DNA of 64,000 nt, taken from contig JBCCHT010000034.1 of the NCBI GenBank assembly GCA_039028615.1, positions 32,001 through 96,000 on the forward strand. The letters run 5' to 3'. Both the position numbers and the translations under genes were made by a program. Below, piece by piece: positions 51,377 to 61,192 of this stretch. How positions within the stretch are numbered: position 1 is the first letter of the stretch; each line of letters begins with the position of its first letter. The stretch comes from Myxococcota bacterium (GTDB taxonomy: Bacteria; Myxococcota_A; Polyangia; Nannocystales; Nannocystaceae). Below the pieces are notes generated by a model, which saw nothing but the letters and a program-made list of their open reading frames with translations, was not told the origin of the DNA and searched no databases.

Positions 51377-54151
51377 CTAGCGCCCCCCCGGCGTGAGCAG
51401 ATAAAGACCGATCACGTCGACCGGCAGCAACGGCTCGACCGCATGGGAACCAGACGCCCGCGAGGCCTTACGCGCGCGGCGATGCTCCTCGAGCAGCAAC
51501 TGCGCCCGCTCGCGCGCATGCTCGTCGAGTCGCTCACGATGCTCTCGTAGCTGCCCGAGCGCGGCCTCGATCTCGGCCGGCGAGGGAGCCTCGGGCTCCA
51601 TCCACGGCGCATCGGTGAGCAGCGCCATGGCCTCGTCGCCCGAGGACCGCGGCGCCCCATCGTCCGTCGACCAGGCCACCGCCACCGCCTCCTCGACGAT
51701 CGCGCTGCGGCGCTGCTGGGCGCGACGAGTCGTCAGCCGATGCCGTAGCCGCAGCAACGCGACCGTGGTGGGCACGGTGACCGCCTCGCTGCTCCACTGA
51801 CCGACCCGCCCCAAGCTCCCCGCCGTGCTCTCGCCCGGCGGCCGCGGAGCGAGGGTGCGGTCGAGCAGGGTCTCGGCCAGGACGCGCACCAGGGGGTGAC
51901 TGCGGTGAATCGAGCGGCAGCGCGGGCTCGCGGGATAGTCGAAGTCCACGCGGAGTGTCCCCTCGAGCCCCTCGGCGGCCAAGCCCTCGCGAACGACCCG
52001 AGGCAGATCGTCGAGCCGAATCTCGAAGCCCGGCTCCAGCGACCGCAACGCTCCGCCCAGGTGCTCCAGCGCGTGCTCCACGAAGCGCCGCACGTCCTCG
52101 CGAGAGCCGATGGAGGCCAGCGCCCGGGTCCACTGCGGCAGCACCTCCTCGGGCTGGAGCCGCCGCTGCGCAAACACGGTGCGGCTACGTCGGGCTCGCT
52201 GTGCCGCGTTCGTCCACTCGTCTTCGAGCCGCTCCGCTTCCTCGCTGGCGGAGAAGTCGAGCTCCAGCTGACGCTCGGCCCGACGCGGGTCGACGAACAC
52301 CGCCTGCATCAACGCGCGGGTCAGGGCCTCCCCTTCGGCGGGCAGCGGCACGGGGACCCCGAGTTCCGCCCGGATCTTCGCCGCCTTGCGCACGATGACC
52401 TCGAGCACCGCGCCGTCGACCGGGTTGTTGACGCCGTATAGCAGCGTGGTGCGCACGACCGGGCTGCCCTGCCCGAAGCGATCGACCCGCCCCTCTCGCT
52501 GCTCGTGCCGGGTGGGGTTCCACGACAGGTCGTAGTGCACCACCGCATCGAAGTGCTCTTGGAGGTTGATGCCCTCGGACAAGCAGTCGGTAGCGACCAG
52601 GATCCGCCGTGGCGCATCGCCCAGCGCCTCGACCCGGCGCTTGCGCTCCGCGGCCCCGAGTTCACCCGTGACCGCATCGACCGCGACGCCCTCGAATTTC
52701 AGCCGCTCGCTCAAGTAGTGCGCGGTGGCGATGTAGCGACAGAACACGACCGGATCGAAGCCGTCGGCCAAAAGCCGCCCCAGGTGCTCACGCAGGCAGG
52801 CCAGCTTGGGGTCGGCCCCGCTGGCCACCAAGCGCTCCGCCTGGGCGAGCAACACGGTGAGCAGCACCCCATCGACGGCCACCGCGGGCTCGCGATCGTC
52901 CTGGCCGCCCAGCCCCTCGACCCCGTCGGCAATGCGCTCGGCCAGCTCCTCGGCGGGGGTCTCCGCGTCGGCTCGGTTGCGCAGCGCAGCGAGGGCCGCC
53001 GCCGGGCTCGAGCCCGCGCAACGCATCAAGGCCAGCGAGGACCAATACGTCGTCGATGGCGTCGGCTCGGCCCCCGGCTTGGCCTCGACCACCTCGGCGC
53101 AGTGCCGCAGCACCTGGGCGAAGAACTCCTCTCCCTCGCCCACCAGCGCGTAGGTCAGCTCGGTCGTCTCGCGCCGCGGGAAGATGCGCCCCTGCTGCCA
53201 CTCGGCGATGTCGGGGCGGCGGCGCTGCACGAAGTGCCGCGACAGCTCGCGACGCAGCGTCTTGCGCTGGTCGGCGTCGGCATCGGCCAGCGCTTCGAAG
53301 CGAGCATCGAGCAGCCCGAGCAGCGCATGAAAAGCCCGGTCGTCACCGCTATGCGGCGTGGCGGTCAGCAGCACCAAGTGACGCTGCGGGTCCTGGGACA
53401 GCCCCTGAAGTAGCTCGTAGCGCTGGTGCCGACCCCGACCGTGGCTCGTACAGGTATGCGCTTCATCGACGATCACGAACCCCGGGCAGGCCCGCAAAAA
53501 CTCCGCCCGCCGACGCTCGCTCTTGATGTAGTCGAGGCTCACCACCGTATGCGGGTGCGCCCCGAAGATGCTCTCCCCCTGCGGGAGCCTTCGCTCGAGC
53601 CGCGAAGCGCTCGCGGCCGTGACCGCCACCGCATGCAGGTTGAAGTGCTCCTCGAGCTCGCGGACCCACTGGTCGACCAAGTGCGGCGGACACAGCACCG
53701 TGGTGCGCTCGATGTCCCCACGATCGAGGAGCTCCCGGGCGATGAGCGCAGCCTCGATGGTCTTGCCGATGCCCACGTCGTCGGCGACCAGCAGCCGAAT
53801 CGTCGGCATCCGCAGGGCCATCAGCAGCGGCACGAGCTGATACGCCCGGGGCTCCACCGCCAGCTGTCCCAGACTCCGAAAGGGGCCCGCCCCCGCCCGC
53901 GTGCACAGCACCAGCGCGTCGCGAAGCAGCCGCGCGTTGGTGTGGTCACCGCTCTCGTCCGCCCGGGGCCAACCGAAGGTCGCGGCGGTCACCGGCTCCA
54001 GCTCGAGCGGGGCGTAGATCAGCACCTGCTCCGTCTCGGAGCCCGACACCGGCCGCAGATGCAGCGTCTGCTCGTCACTGCCAGCCAAGACGATCCAGTC
54101 TCTGCCGCGAGCGCGAACCAGGCTCCCGGGACGATGGCGGGCAGCGTTCAT
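51377..54151 (-). CDS. SNF2-family helicase (DISARM DrmD-like)
   Basis: N-terminal PGSLVRARGRDW; ADDVGIGKT, DEAH, LTATPH, SEGINLQ, WNPTRHEQREGRVDR. Confidence 0.88.
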   Translation of the reverse strand: MNAARHRPGSLVRARGRDWIVLAGSDEQTLHLRPVSGSETEQVLIYAPLELEPVTAATFGWPRADESGDHTNARLLRDALVLCTRAGAGPFRSLGQLAVEPRAYQLVPLLMALRMPTIRLLVADDVGIGKTIEAALIARELLDRGDIERTTVLCPPHLVDQWVRELEEHFNLHAVAVTAASASRLERRLPQGESIFGAHPHTVVSLDYIKSERRRAEFLRACPGFVIVDEAHTCTSHGRGRHQRYELLQGLSQDPQRHLVLLTATPHSGDDRAFHALLGLLDARFEALADADADQRKTLRRELSRHFVQRRRPDIAEWQQGRIFPRRETTELTYALVGEGEEFFAQVLRHCAEVVEAKPGAEPTPSTTYWSSLALMRCAGSSPAAALAALRNRADAETPAEELAERIADGVEGLGGQDDREPAVAVDGVLLTVLLAQAERLVASGADPKLACLREHLGRLLADGFDPVVFCRYIATAHYLSERLKFEGVAVDAVTGELGAAERKRRVEALGDAPRRILVATDCLSEGINLQEHFDAVVHYDLSWNPTRHEQREGRVDRFGQGSPVVRTTLLYGVNNPVDGAVLEVIVRKAAKIRAELGVPVPLPAEGEALTRALMQAVFVDPRRAERQLELDFSASEEAERLEDEWTNAAQRARRSRTVFAQRRLQPEEVLPQWTRALASIGSREDVRRFVEHALEHLGGALRSLEPGFEIRLDDLPRVVREGLAAEGLEGTLRVDFDYPASPRCRSIHRSHPLVRVLAETLLDRTLAPRPPGESTAGSLGRVGQWSSEAVTVPTTVALLRLRHRLTTRRAQQRRSAIVEEAVAVAWSTDDGAPRSSGDEAMALLTDAPWMEPEAPSPAEIEAALGQLREHRERLDEHARERAQLLLEEHRRARKASRASGSHAVEPLLPVDVIGLYLLTPGGR

Positions 54152-54221
54152 GCGACGAGTCGGGCGCCTTTCGGCTCGGCCTTCCTACCACAGCGTGGCC
54201 CCCGTGTTACACCCCGAGGGC

Positions 54222-54854
54222 ATGGTCACGGGGCGCTACTACGTGGTGTGGATCGGGCGCGAGCCCGGCATCTACCGCGAGTGGGCGCAGTGCCGGGCCC
54301 AGGTCGACGACTTCCCCGGAGCCCTGTATCGCACCTACCCCTCGGCGGTGGAGGCCCAACGCGCGTGGGTCGAGGCGGGCGGCGAACCCATCCCGCTCGA
54401 CGAGCCCGAGCAACCGGACGAGACCGCGTCGCCCTGGGGCGAGGACGGGCCGGCTCCGGGCGCCATCGCGGTCGATGCCGCGTGCAGCGGCAACCCCGGG
54501 CCCATGGAGTACCGCGGCGTCGAGATCGATACCGGAGAGCAGCTGTTTTTGGTGGGCCCGATGCTCGGCAACAACAACCTGGGCGAGTTCCTGGCCGTGG
54601 TGCACGGGCTCGCATGGCAGAAGGCCAAGGGTCGCAGCGAGCCCATCTACTCCGACTCCCGCACGGCCCTCGACTGGGTCCGTCGCGGCCGGGTGAGCAC
54701 GACGCTCGAGCGCACGCCCGAGACCGCCCACATCTGGCAGCTCGTCGACCGGGCCCATCACTGGCTCCACCACGAAGCGCCCGGCGTCCTCGAGCTCCGC
54801 AAGTGGCCCACGCGGCGCTGGGGCGAGATTCCAGCGGACTTCGGTCGCAAGTAG
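54222..54854 (+). CDS. rnhA: Ribonuclease HI with N-terminal hybrid-binding (caulimovirus VI-like) domain
   Basis: YYVVWIGREPGIY..W; AVDAACSGNPG, GEFLA, IYSDS, WGEIPADFGRK. Confidence 0.9.
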   Translation: MVTGRYYVVWIGREPGIYREWAQCRAQVDDFPGALYRTYPSAVEAQRAWVEAGGEPIPLDEPEQPDETASPWGEDGPAPGAIAVDAACSGNPGPMEYRGVEIDTGEQLFLVGPMLGNNNLGEFLAVVHGLAWQKAKGRSEPIYSDSRTALDWVRRGRVSTTLERTPETAHIWQLVDRAHHWLHHEAPGVLELRKWPTRRWGEIPADFGRK

Positions 54855-54915
54855 CCCTTTGCTCGGAATGTCGCGGTGTGCAGCCGCGTCCTGGGCTGCT
54901 AGGTACGAAGAGCCG

Positions 54916-55905
54916 GTGCCGGAACAGCTCAAGGAAATCGCCTTTGCCCTGATGGGCTGGGTCCTGACCCCGGCGGGGTTGGTGCTGGCGCTCCTCGTGC
55001 GGGTCCTGTGGCGTAGGGCGGCACGGTGGCGGCCTCGCTGGCGCGTGGTGGGTCGCACGGGCGCGAGCCTGCTGGCGTTCCTCACCCTCGCCTGTCTCGT
55101 CGGCGGCAGCATCGGGCTGTGGGTGCGCTACCGGCCCCAGCCCAGCGCGACGGAGCGCACCTTGTTCCCCGGCGCCACCTACCGTCGCTTTTCTCGCCAG
55201 ACCCCGCGACCCATCGCCGTCCACGTGGTCACCCTCGACCTCACCACGCCCGGCCTGTCGCTCGTGCCCACGAGCGGCGCCACCGGGGCCTGCCTGCCCG
55301 CCACCACCACCTCCAACTTCCTCGCGGAGCAACGGGTTCAGCTGGCGATCAACACCCAATTCTTCTTCGTCTGCCCCGGCCAGCCCAACCCCGAACAGCT
55401 CACCCCCGGCCAGCTCCAGCACCCGGTGGGACGCTACGCGGTCGCGGGCGAGATCGTGGTGGGCAACCGCTGGAACGGCAACACCATGTTCATCGCCGAG
55501 GACGGCACGGTCAGCCTCTTCGATCGCCCCGAGACGCTGCACCACGCGATTTCCGGGCGTCATCGGCTGGTCGTCGAGGGGCGGGCCGCGCTGCTCGATG
55601 CGAGCGGGCTGGCCCCGCGCCTGGCTCTCGGTTTCGACGAGGCGCGCGAGCGCATGACCATCGTCCTCGTCGACGGTCGCCAGCCCGGCTTCAGCGAAGG
55701 CGTCACCCTGCCCGAGCTGGCCGAGCTCATGGTGGAGCTGGGCGTCTACGATGGCATCGAGTTCGACGGCGGTGGCTCGGCCACGCTGGTCGTCGAAGAC
55801 GAGGATGGCGAGCCCGAGGTCCTCAACTCGCCCATCCACACCCGGATCCCGGGGCGCGAGCGCCCGGTCGCCAATCACCTCGGCGTCCGAGCCCCTTCGC
55901 CGTAG
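54916..55905 (+). CDS. Phosphodiester glycosidase (NAGPA) family membrane protein
   Basis: APRLALG, LVDGRQ, FDGGGS and RPVAN motifs. Confidence 0.82.
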   Translation: MPEQLKEIAFALMGWVLTPAGLVLALLVRVLWRRAARWRPRWRVVGRTGASLLAFLTLACLVGGSIGLWVRYRPQPSATERTLFPGATYRRFSRQTPRPIAVHVVTLDLTTPGLSLVPTSGATGACLPATTTSNFLAEQRVQLAINTQFFFVCPGQPNPEQLTPGQLQHPVGRYAVAGEIVVGNRWNGNTMFIAEDGTVSLFDRPETLHHAISGRHRLVVEGRAALLDASGLAPRLALGFDEARERMTIVLVDGRQPGFSEGVTLPELAELMVELGVYDGIEFDGGGSATLVVEDEDGEPEVLNSPIHTRIPGRERPVANHLGVRAPSP

Positions 55906-55910
55906 GGGCC

Positions 55911-56792
55911 TCAGCGCACGAGGAAGCGCCGCAGCGCCCGGCCGTGGACCTCCGCGTCGCGCTCGCCCTGCTCGATGATCCGATCGACCAGCTCGGCCCG
56001 CGCATGCTCACCGCGCCGCACCGGGCTCGGCCCCGAGGGCGCCACGTAGAGCCGATTGCCCTTGTCTCCCACCTTCGACGCGGGATAACGCCGCGTCAGC
56101 AAGACCACGTTGCGCCGCACGCCCGCGATCCCGTCGGCGACCGAAGCCGGCACATCGTCCACCATGCCCCCGTCCACCAGCCGCCGCCCTCCAAAGCGCT
56201 CCGATCGCGTCAGCGAAGGCCCCGTCGACGACGCGATGATCAGATCGGTGAGCTGCTTCGGACTCCGGCACTCCCTCGCATCCACCACATGAGAGCGAAA
56301 CCCGAGGGTCCGCCCCGCCACCGGATGCACCGCGTCTCGCCGTAGCCGCTGCTCGATGGTCTTGGCCGCGATCCCCAGCACCGTCCCCACCTGCGCGGGC
56401 ACCAGGCGGGGCGGCACCGCGGTGGTCACCAGCACGGGAAAGGGCAAGGCCCGAACCTTCGGCAGCCCGTCCTCCGAGAACGCACACATCAGCGTGTCGC
56501 GAAAGACGTCGGGGCGAGGGTCGGGCCGCTGCCCGCGAAGCAAGCGACCCAACTCGAATCGCCCCCGCACCCCCTGCCGACGCGCTCGCCAAAACCGTAG
56601 CGTCTGCGTCTCTCGACCCATCAGCCACACCAGCGCCACGCAGGCCCCGACCCCGCACGCGGCCACGCCACCGATCCGCGGCCGCAGTCGCTCCCCCCAG
56701 CCATGCAACAAACCCAGCTGATAAAACGCCCGGTTGCCGCCCCCCGCGAAGGTGATGGCGACATCCCGAGGAGCAGCGGGCGTGGTCGTCAC
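55911..56792 (-). CDS. Patatin-like protein lacking the catalytic Ser
   Basis: GGGNR and DGG present; nucleophile elbow reads ACGVGA. Confidence 0.75.
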   Translation of the reverse strand: MTTTPAAPRDVAITFAGGGNRAFYQLGLLHGWGERLRPRIGGVAACGVGACVALVWLMGRETQTLRFWRARRQGVRGRFELGRLLRGQRPDPRPDVFRDTLMCAFSEDGLPKVRALPFPVLVTTAVPPRLVPAQVGTVLGIAAKTIEQRLRRDAVHPVAGRTLGFRSHVVDARECRSPKQLTDLIIASSTGPSLTRSERFGGRRLVDGGMVDDVPASVADGIAGVRRNVVLLTRRYPASKVGDKGNRLYVAPSGPSPVRRGEHARAELVDRIIEQGERDAEVHGRALRRFLVR

Positions 56793-56811
56793 GAGCGTCG
56801 ATATAACCCGG

Positions 56812-58302
56812 TCAGCGCGGCGGCGCCATGATCGCCCGGCGAGCCGCTGCGGCGGGGTGTTGGTCGTCCAAAGACACCTCCCCGTCGTTCACTTGCACGC
56901 CGAGCCGAGCCATCGCCGCCTCGACATCCGGCAGCTGATTGCCCGCCAAGACCTCCTCGGCGACCCGGGTGAACAACGGCTCCCCGTGCCAGGTGTCGAG
57001 GCGCTGGAGCAGCTCGGAGGCATCCCAGCGGAACGTGGCGTCACCACAGCAGCGCCGCAGCTCGACCATCGCGTCGTCCAGCCCCCGCTCCCCGCCAGAG
57101 TCGAGGCGCAGCTGGACGTCGATCAAAAACGCGACCGAGGCCCCGCCCCAGTACACCCGCTGGTAGGCGCCAACCCGCCGCATCGCGGCGCTCGACTCGG
57201 CCAGCGTGGTCTCGCCCCCGCGCCGCCGACCGCGTTCGAACGCATCGAACAATGCCTGCCACCCCTCGAGCTCGGTGCGATGACCCATGCGCGTGCGCAT
57301 CAGCTCGGTGTAGTAGCTCACCCAGCCTTCGGCCATCCACGGCTCGCGAATGAAGGGCATGCCGTGGTGCAGCAGCTCGTGCACCGTCGTCCAGCCGCCG
57401 GGGAGCTTGGCCGCCTCCGCCTCGTCGTCGAGGAAGATGAACACCCCCGGGCCTCCGCCGCGACCGGCGAGGCCGAAGTACACGGTGCCCGAGCCTCCCC
57501 CGGACACGGGGTTGATCACCAGCTGGAGTCGATCGCGGGGGAACCGTCCGCCGAAGAGCATCGCCACCGAGTCCACCGCGTCGGTGACCCAGGTTCGCAG
57601 CCCCTCGGGTGGACACGCGACCGGGGCATCGAGGGTGGTCAGCTCGATCTCCACCCCGGCTCGCTCGAAACGATCGACGGTCAGCGCACCGAACACGATG
57701 AAGGACAGCCAGTTGAAGGCGGTGCGATCCAGCTCGTAGGTCGCGTCGGGTGTTCCTCGTGGCGCCTCCCCCCGCGTGGGCCACGGCGTGGAGACCTCCA
57801 TGCCCTCGGGCAAGTCGAAGCGCAGCGTCACCTCGGGGTCCTTGGCCAGCGGGTACGGACGCCACAGCCACAGACCGGGTCGCGCCATCAAGCTGTCGCC
57901 CGCGTCCCCGATCATGCGACCGGTGCCCTCGGCCTGGAGCAACCCGGCGAAGTCCACCCGATAGTGCACACACGCCCCGGGTCCGAGCCCGGCCAGGCTC
58001 ACCCCGTCCTCGCCGACCTCCAGCGTGTTGCCATCGTCGTCGCGGAACTCCCGGGCGAAGGGCAGAGCGACCGAGACCCCGGGGATCAACATGTCCGGCG
58101 GCAGACCGTCGAAGCACACCTGCATCCCTGCCGACTCGAGCGAGGCGTCGGGGCTCATCACGTAGTGCCAGCCGTTGCGCGCGTCGGCAGCCGCTCCGCC
58201 CGGCGCCCCCGATGCCGACGCGCCGTCGCTTCGGCACGAGCCCAACGTCGACGCAAAGACGAGCGCGAGGCCCCGGGCAACGACGAGTCTGCGAGACGCC
58301 AT
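56812..58302 (-). CDS. M61/gluzincin-like metallopeptidase lipoprotein
   Basis: VHELLH, WMAEG..SYY, VYWGG; LGSC lipobox. Confidence 0.75.
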   Translation of the reverse strand: MASRRLVVARGLALVFASTLGSCRSDGASASGAPGGAAADARNGWHYVMSPDASLESAGMQVCFDGLPPDMLIPGVSVALPFAREFRDDDGNTLEVGEDGVSLAGLGPGACVHYRVDFAGLLQAEGTGRMIGDAGDSLMARPGLWLWRPYPLAKDPEVTLRFDLPEGMEVSTPWPTRGEAPRGTPDATYELDRTAFNWLSFIVFGALTVDRFERAGVEIELTTLDAPVACPPEGLRTWVTDAVDSVAMLFGGRFPRDRLQLVINPVSGGGSGTVYFGLAGRGGGPGVFIFLDDEAEAAKLPGGWTTVHELLHHGMPFIREPWMAEGWVSYYTELMRTRMGHRTELEGWQALFDAFERGRRRGGETTLAESSAAMRRVGAYQRVYWGGASVAFLIDVQLRLDSGGERGLDDAMVELRRCCGDATFRWDASELLQRLDTWHGEPLFTRVAEEVLAGNQLPDVEAAMARLGVQVNDGEVSLDDQHPAAAARRAIMAPPR

Positions 58303-58369
58303 CCGCCCCTACCATCGCACGATCGATGACCCCCGCGCCTCCACCGAAGGCAGCGCGGGTCTCGCTCGC

Positions 58370-59383
58370 TCAGGCACTCGGCCCGAGCTCCACGACCGCC
58401 ACGAGATTGGCTCCGCGGCTCCAGTCGGGACCGGTCACCCGCTCGAGCACGGGGTCCAGCCGGTCGAGGCCATGGAGCACCGCCGAGACCGCCGCCCGTC
58501 GCAGCCGGTTGCCGCCACCTCCGACGCGGGCACTGGCCACCCCGACCGCTCCATCGTTGGCCGACGCCGCCTTGCCGCCACGTCGCAGCCACTGCACGCC
58601 CAAGTCGACGCCGGTGAGCATCGAGGGAAAGATCAACGAGCGCGCCTTGGGGGCGCTCCACAGGGCATGCACCCGCAGCCCGGCCCCGCGCGCGAGGTCG
58701 GCCAGCGTCTGCCGCTGGAAGAAGGTCAGGTGATCCCCCAGCTCGAGCGGCCGGTAACGAGCTCCCCACAGCGGCCGCGCCAGGTCATCCCAGTTGGGCA
58801 CCTCGATGACCGCGAACCCCGAGGGCCGCAGGTGCGCCCGAATCCACCGCAGCGCCGCCCCGGGCCGCCGCAGGTGCTCGAGCACGTGGGTCATGGTGAT
58901 GAGATCGAAGCGCTCGGACAGCTCGACGTCACTCTCGATGTCGAGCGCGTGCACCTGGTGCCCCGCGGCATGAGCCTCGGACGCGGCGGGCGAGCGCTCG
59001 ATGCCCACCGTCTGGTAGCCGGCCTCGCGCAGCAGGTCGAGCAAAAGCCCCGTGTTGCAGCCGATGTCCAGCGCTCGACCGCCCGCGGGAGCCGGCCGCA
59101 AGCGATTGCCCGACAGCTGCTGATACAGGGCCAGCGGAGGTCGCTTGCGCTCGCTGCCCGGCCGCGGCCCGACCACCTTCGCCTGCGTGTGCACCCGATC
59201 CCCGTAGTGGGCGTCGAGAAAGCGCGGCGCGAACCCGTGGGTCGCGTGCACCAGCCCGCACGCGTCGCACTTGACGATCGCGATTCCCCCGTGCGGAGCC
59301 AACACCTCGGTGCGCTGCGCCGAATCACAGCCGGGGCAGCGCGTCACTTCAACCAGAGGCGGAGCATCGGGCTCGGTCGGCAC
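58370..59383 (-). CDS. Class I SAM-dependent methyltransferase with N-terminal Zn ribbon
   Basis: CPGC/CDAC; LDIGCNTG; HVLEHL; IEVPN. Confidence 0.85.
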   Translation of the reverse strand: MPTEPDAPPLVEVTRCPGCDSAQRTEVLAPHGGIAIVKCDACGLVHATHGFAPRFLDAHYGDRVHTQAKVVGPRPGSERKRPPLALYQQLSGNRLRPAPAGGRALDIGCNTGLLLDLLREAGYQTVGIERSPAASEAHAAGHQVHALDIESDVELSERFDLITMTHVLEHLRRPGAALRWIRAHLRPSGFAVIEVPNWDDLARPLWGARYRPLELGDHLTFFQRQTLADLARGAGLRVHALWSAPKARSLIFPSMLTGVDLGVQWLRRGGKAASANDGAVGVASARVGGGGNRLRRAAVSAVLHGLDRLDPVLERVTGPDWSRGANLVAVVELGPSA

Positions 59384-59409
59384 CGGTCGAGGCTACCATC
59401 GTCTGGACC

Positions 59410-61089
59410 ATGGCCACCCCGCTCGCCACGCTCGAGGTCCTCGTGGTCGATGGCCAGAGCACTGGAGCCAGTCCCGCCCACGGGCACCTGCTGGAGCTGG
59501 GATGGGCTCGGACCACGGCGGGCGCCGACCCGGACGCACTGCAGACCCACGCGCGGCTGGTGCAGCTCCCCGACGACGCCGAGATTCCCCGCACCGTCAC
59601 CCGCCTGACCGGCATCGGGCCCGACGAGATGAGCGACGCCGTGGCTCCTGCCGAGGTCTGGGCCGCGTGGCGCGAAGCGATGGAACCCGACCACCCGCCG
59701 CTGCTCATCCACTACGCCCGCTTCGAACGTCCTTTCTTGCACGCACTGCGACCGCAGGCGGCCGACGACGCCCCCGCCGAGTTCAACATCCTGTGCACCC
59801 ACGAGATCGCCCGCCGCCTGCTGCCCCAGCTGCCCCGCCGCGGGCTCCGGGCGCTGGCCGGCTACTACGGTCATGGCGTCGATGAACTCAAGCGCAGCGC
59901 CGAGCACGTCCGCGCCACGGCCTTCGTCTGGCACCACCTGGTGGCCGAGCTTCGCCAGCACGGCATCGAGACCCTCGAACAACTCGAGCCCTGGCTGGCC
60001 AAGCCCGCCCCACGACCGAGCGCCAAGCGGGCCTATCCCATGGATCGAGCCAAGCGCCTCGCCCTCCCCGAGTGCCCGGGCGTCTATCGCATGCGCCGAA
60101 GCAACGGGGAGCTGCTCTACGTCGGCAAGGCCACCTCGTTGCGTCAGCGCGTCAACAGCTACTTCACCAAGCATCGCAAGGTCCCCGAGCGCACCTTGGA
60201 GATGCTGACCCAGGCCCGCGACTTCGACGTCACGCCCACCGCTACCGTGCTCGAGGCCGCCCTGCTCGAGAGCGACGAGATCAAGGCGCACTCGCCTCCC
60301 TATAACGTCATGCTGCGCGGCGACGGACGCTCGGTCTGGTATGGCGACGCCGCGCTCGAGTCGTGGAGCGAGCACCCGAGCCCACGCCACCACGTGGGGC
60401 CCGTTCGCTCGCGCGGCCTCCTGCAGGCCTGGGCCAGCCTCACCGCGCCCGGCGACTCGATCCCGGCCGCGCTGCAACAACGCCTGTGGGCCGGTGACAC
60501 CATCGACGACGACGTGTGGCGCGAGGGTCGAGCGCTGCTGGCCACACGATGGTTCGACGGCCGCGACTCCTTCGATCGCAAGACCCTGGGCCGCGTCGGT
60601 GCTCAGCTGTGGCAGCAATGGCGCGAGGCCGATGCCGAGCCCCCGGCCGACGACGAAGACCCCGAGCCGGCCGATGCCGAGTCCGAACAACCGCAGTGGG
60701 ATCCACCGAGCATCGCCGATGCCCTCGAGCGCATCCTCGGAACCGGCGCCCACGCGCTACGGCGTGCGGCGTGGCTGCTGCGGCTGACGGAGTGCACGGT
60801 GCGACTGCGCCGAGACGCCACCACCGTGCGGGTCTTGCACTTCCGCGACGGCCAGCTCCATGAGCGCGAGGACACCACCGAAGACCGGCCACCCCCCACG
60901 CCTCCGCGATGGGCAACCCCGGCCTCGCTTCGTCGCCACGCCTTCGACCTCGCGACCTTCGACCGGCTCTGCATTCTCACCACCGAGCTTCGCCGATTGA
61001 TGCACGCCGATCCGAGCGTCGAGCTGCGCCTGAGCCCCCGCGATCGCCTCGATGCCCCGCGCCTGCGCCGGGCCCTGGCCTGGGTCTGA
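59410..61089 (+). CDS. DEDDh-like domain + GIY-YIG (UvrC/Cho-like) nuclease fusion
   Basis: LTGI and DnaQ-like layout; PGVY..LYVGKA.SLRQRV.SYF..ALLE..PPYN. Confidence 0.82.
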   Translation: MATPLATLEVLVVDGQSTGASPAHGHLLELGWARTTAGADPDALQTHARLVQLPDDAEIPRTVTRLTGIGPDEMSDAVAPAEVWAAWREAMEPDHPPLLIHYARFERPFLHALRPQAADDAPAEFNILCTHEIARRLLPQLPRRGLRALAGYYGHGVDELKRSAEHVRATAFVWHHLVAELRQHGIETLEQLEPWLAKPAPRPSAKRAYPMDRAKRLALPECPGVYRMRRSNGELLYVGKATSLRQRVNSYFTKHRKVPERTLEMLTQARDFDVTPTATVLEAALLESDEIKAHSPPYNVMLRGDGRSVWYGDAALESWSEHPSPRHHVGPVRSRGLLQAWASLTAPGDSIPAALQQRLWAGDTIDDDVWREGRALLATRWFDGRDSFDRKTLGRVGAQLWQQWREADAEPPADDEDPEPADAESEQPQWDPPSIADALERILGTGAHALRRAAWLLRLTECTVRLRRDATTVRVLHFRDGQLHEREDTTEDRPPPTPPRWATPASLRRHAFDLATFDRLCILTTELRRLMHADPSVELRLSPRDRLDAPRLRRALAWV

Positions 61090-61192
61090 GCGCCCGCGTC
61101 GACGCCGGCCTGGCGCCCGGTCCGAGACGGGACGGGTGTCCACCCCCGCCCCCGGAGCGACGCACGAACGTTTCCGGCCTGAAACGATGGTC

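Noticed and set aside
35700..54151. Integrated mobile element or prophage
   Set aside because: No integrase, transposase, phage genes, tRNA or flanking direct repeats seen.
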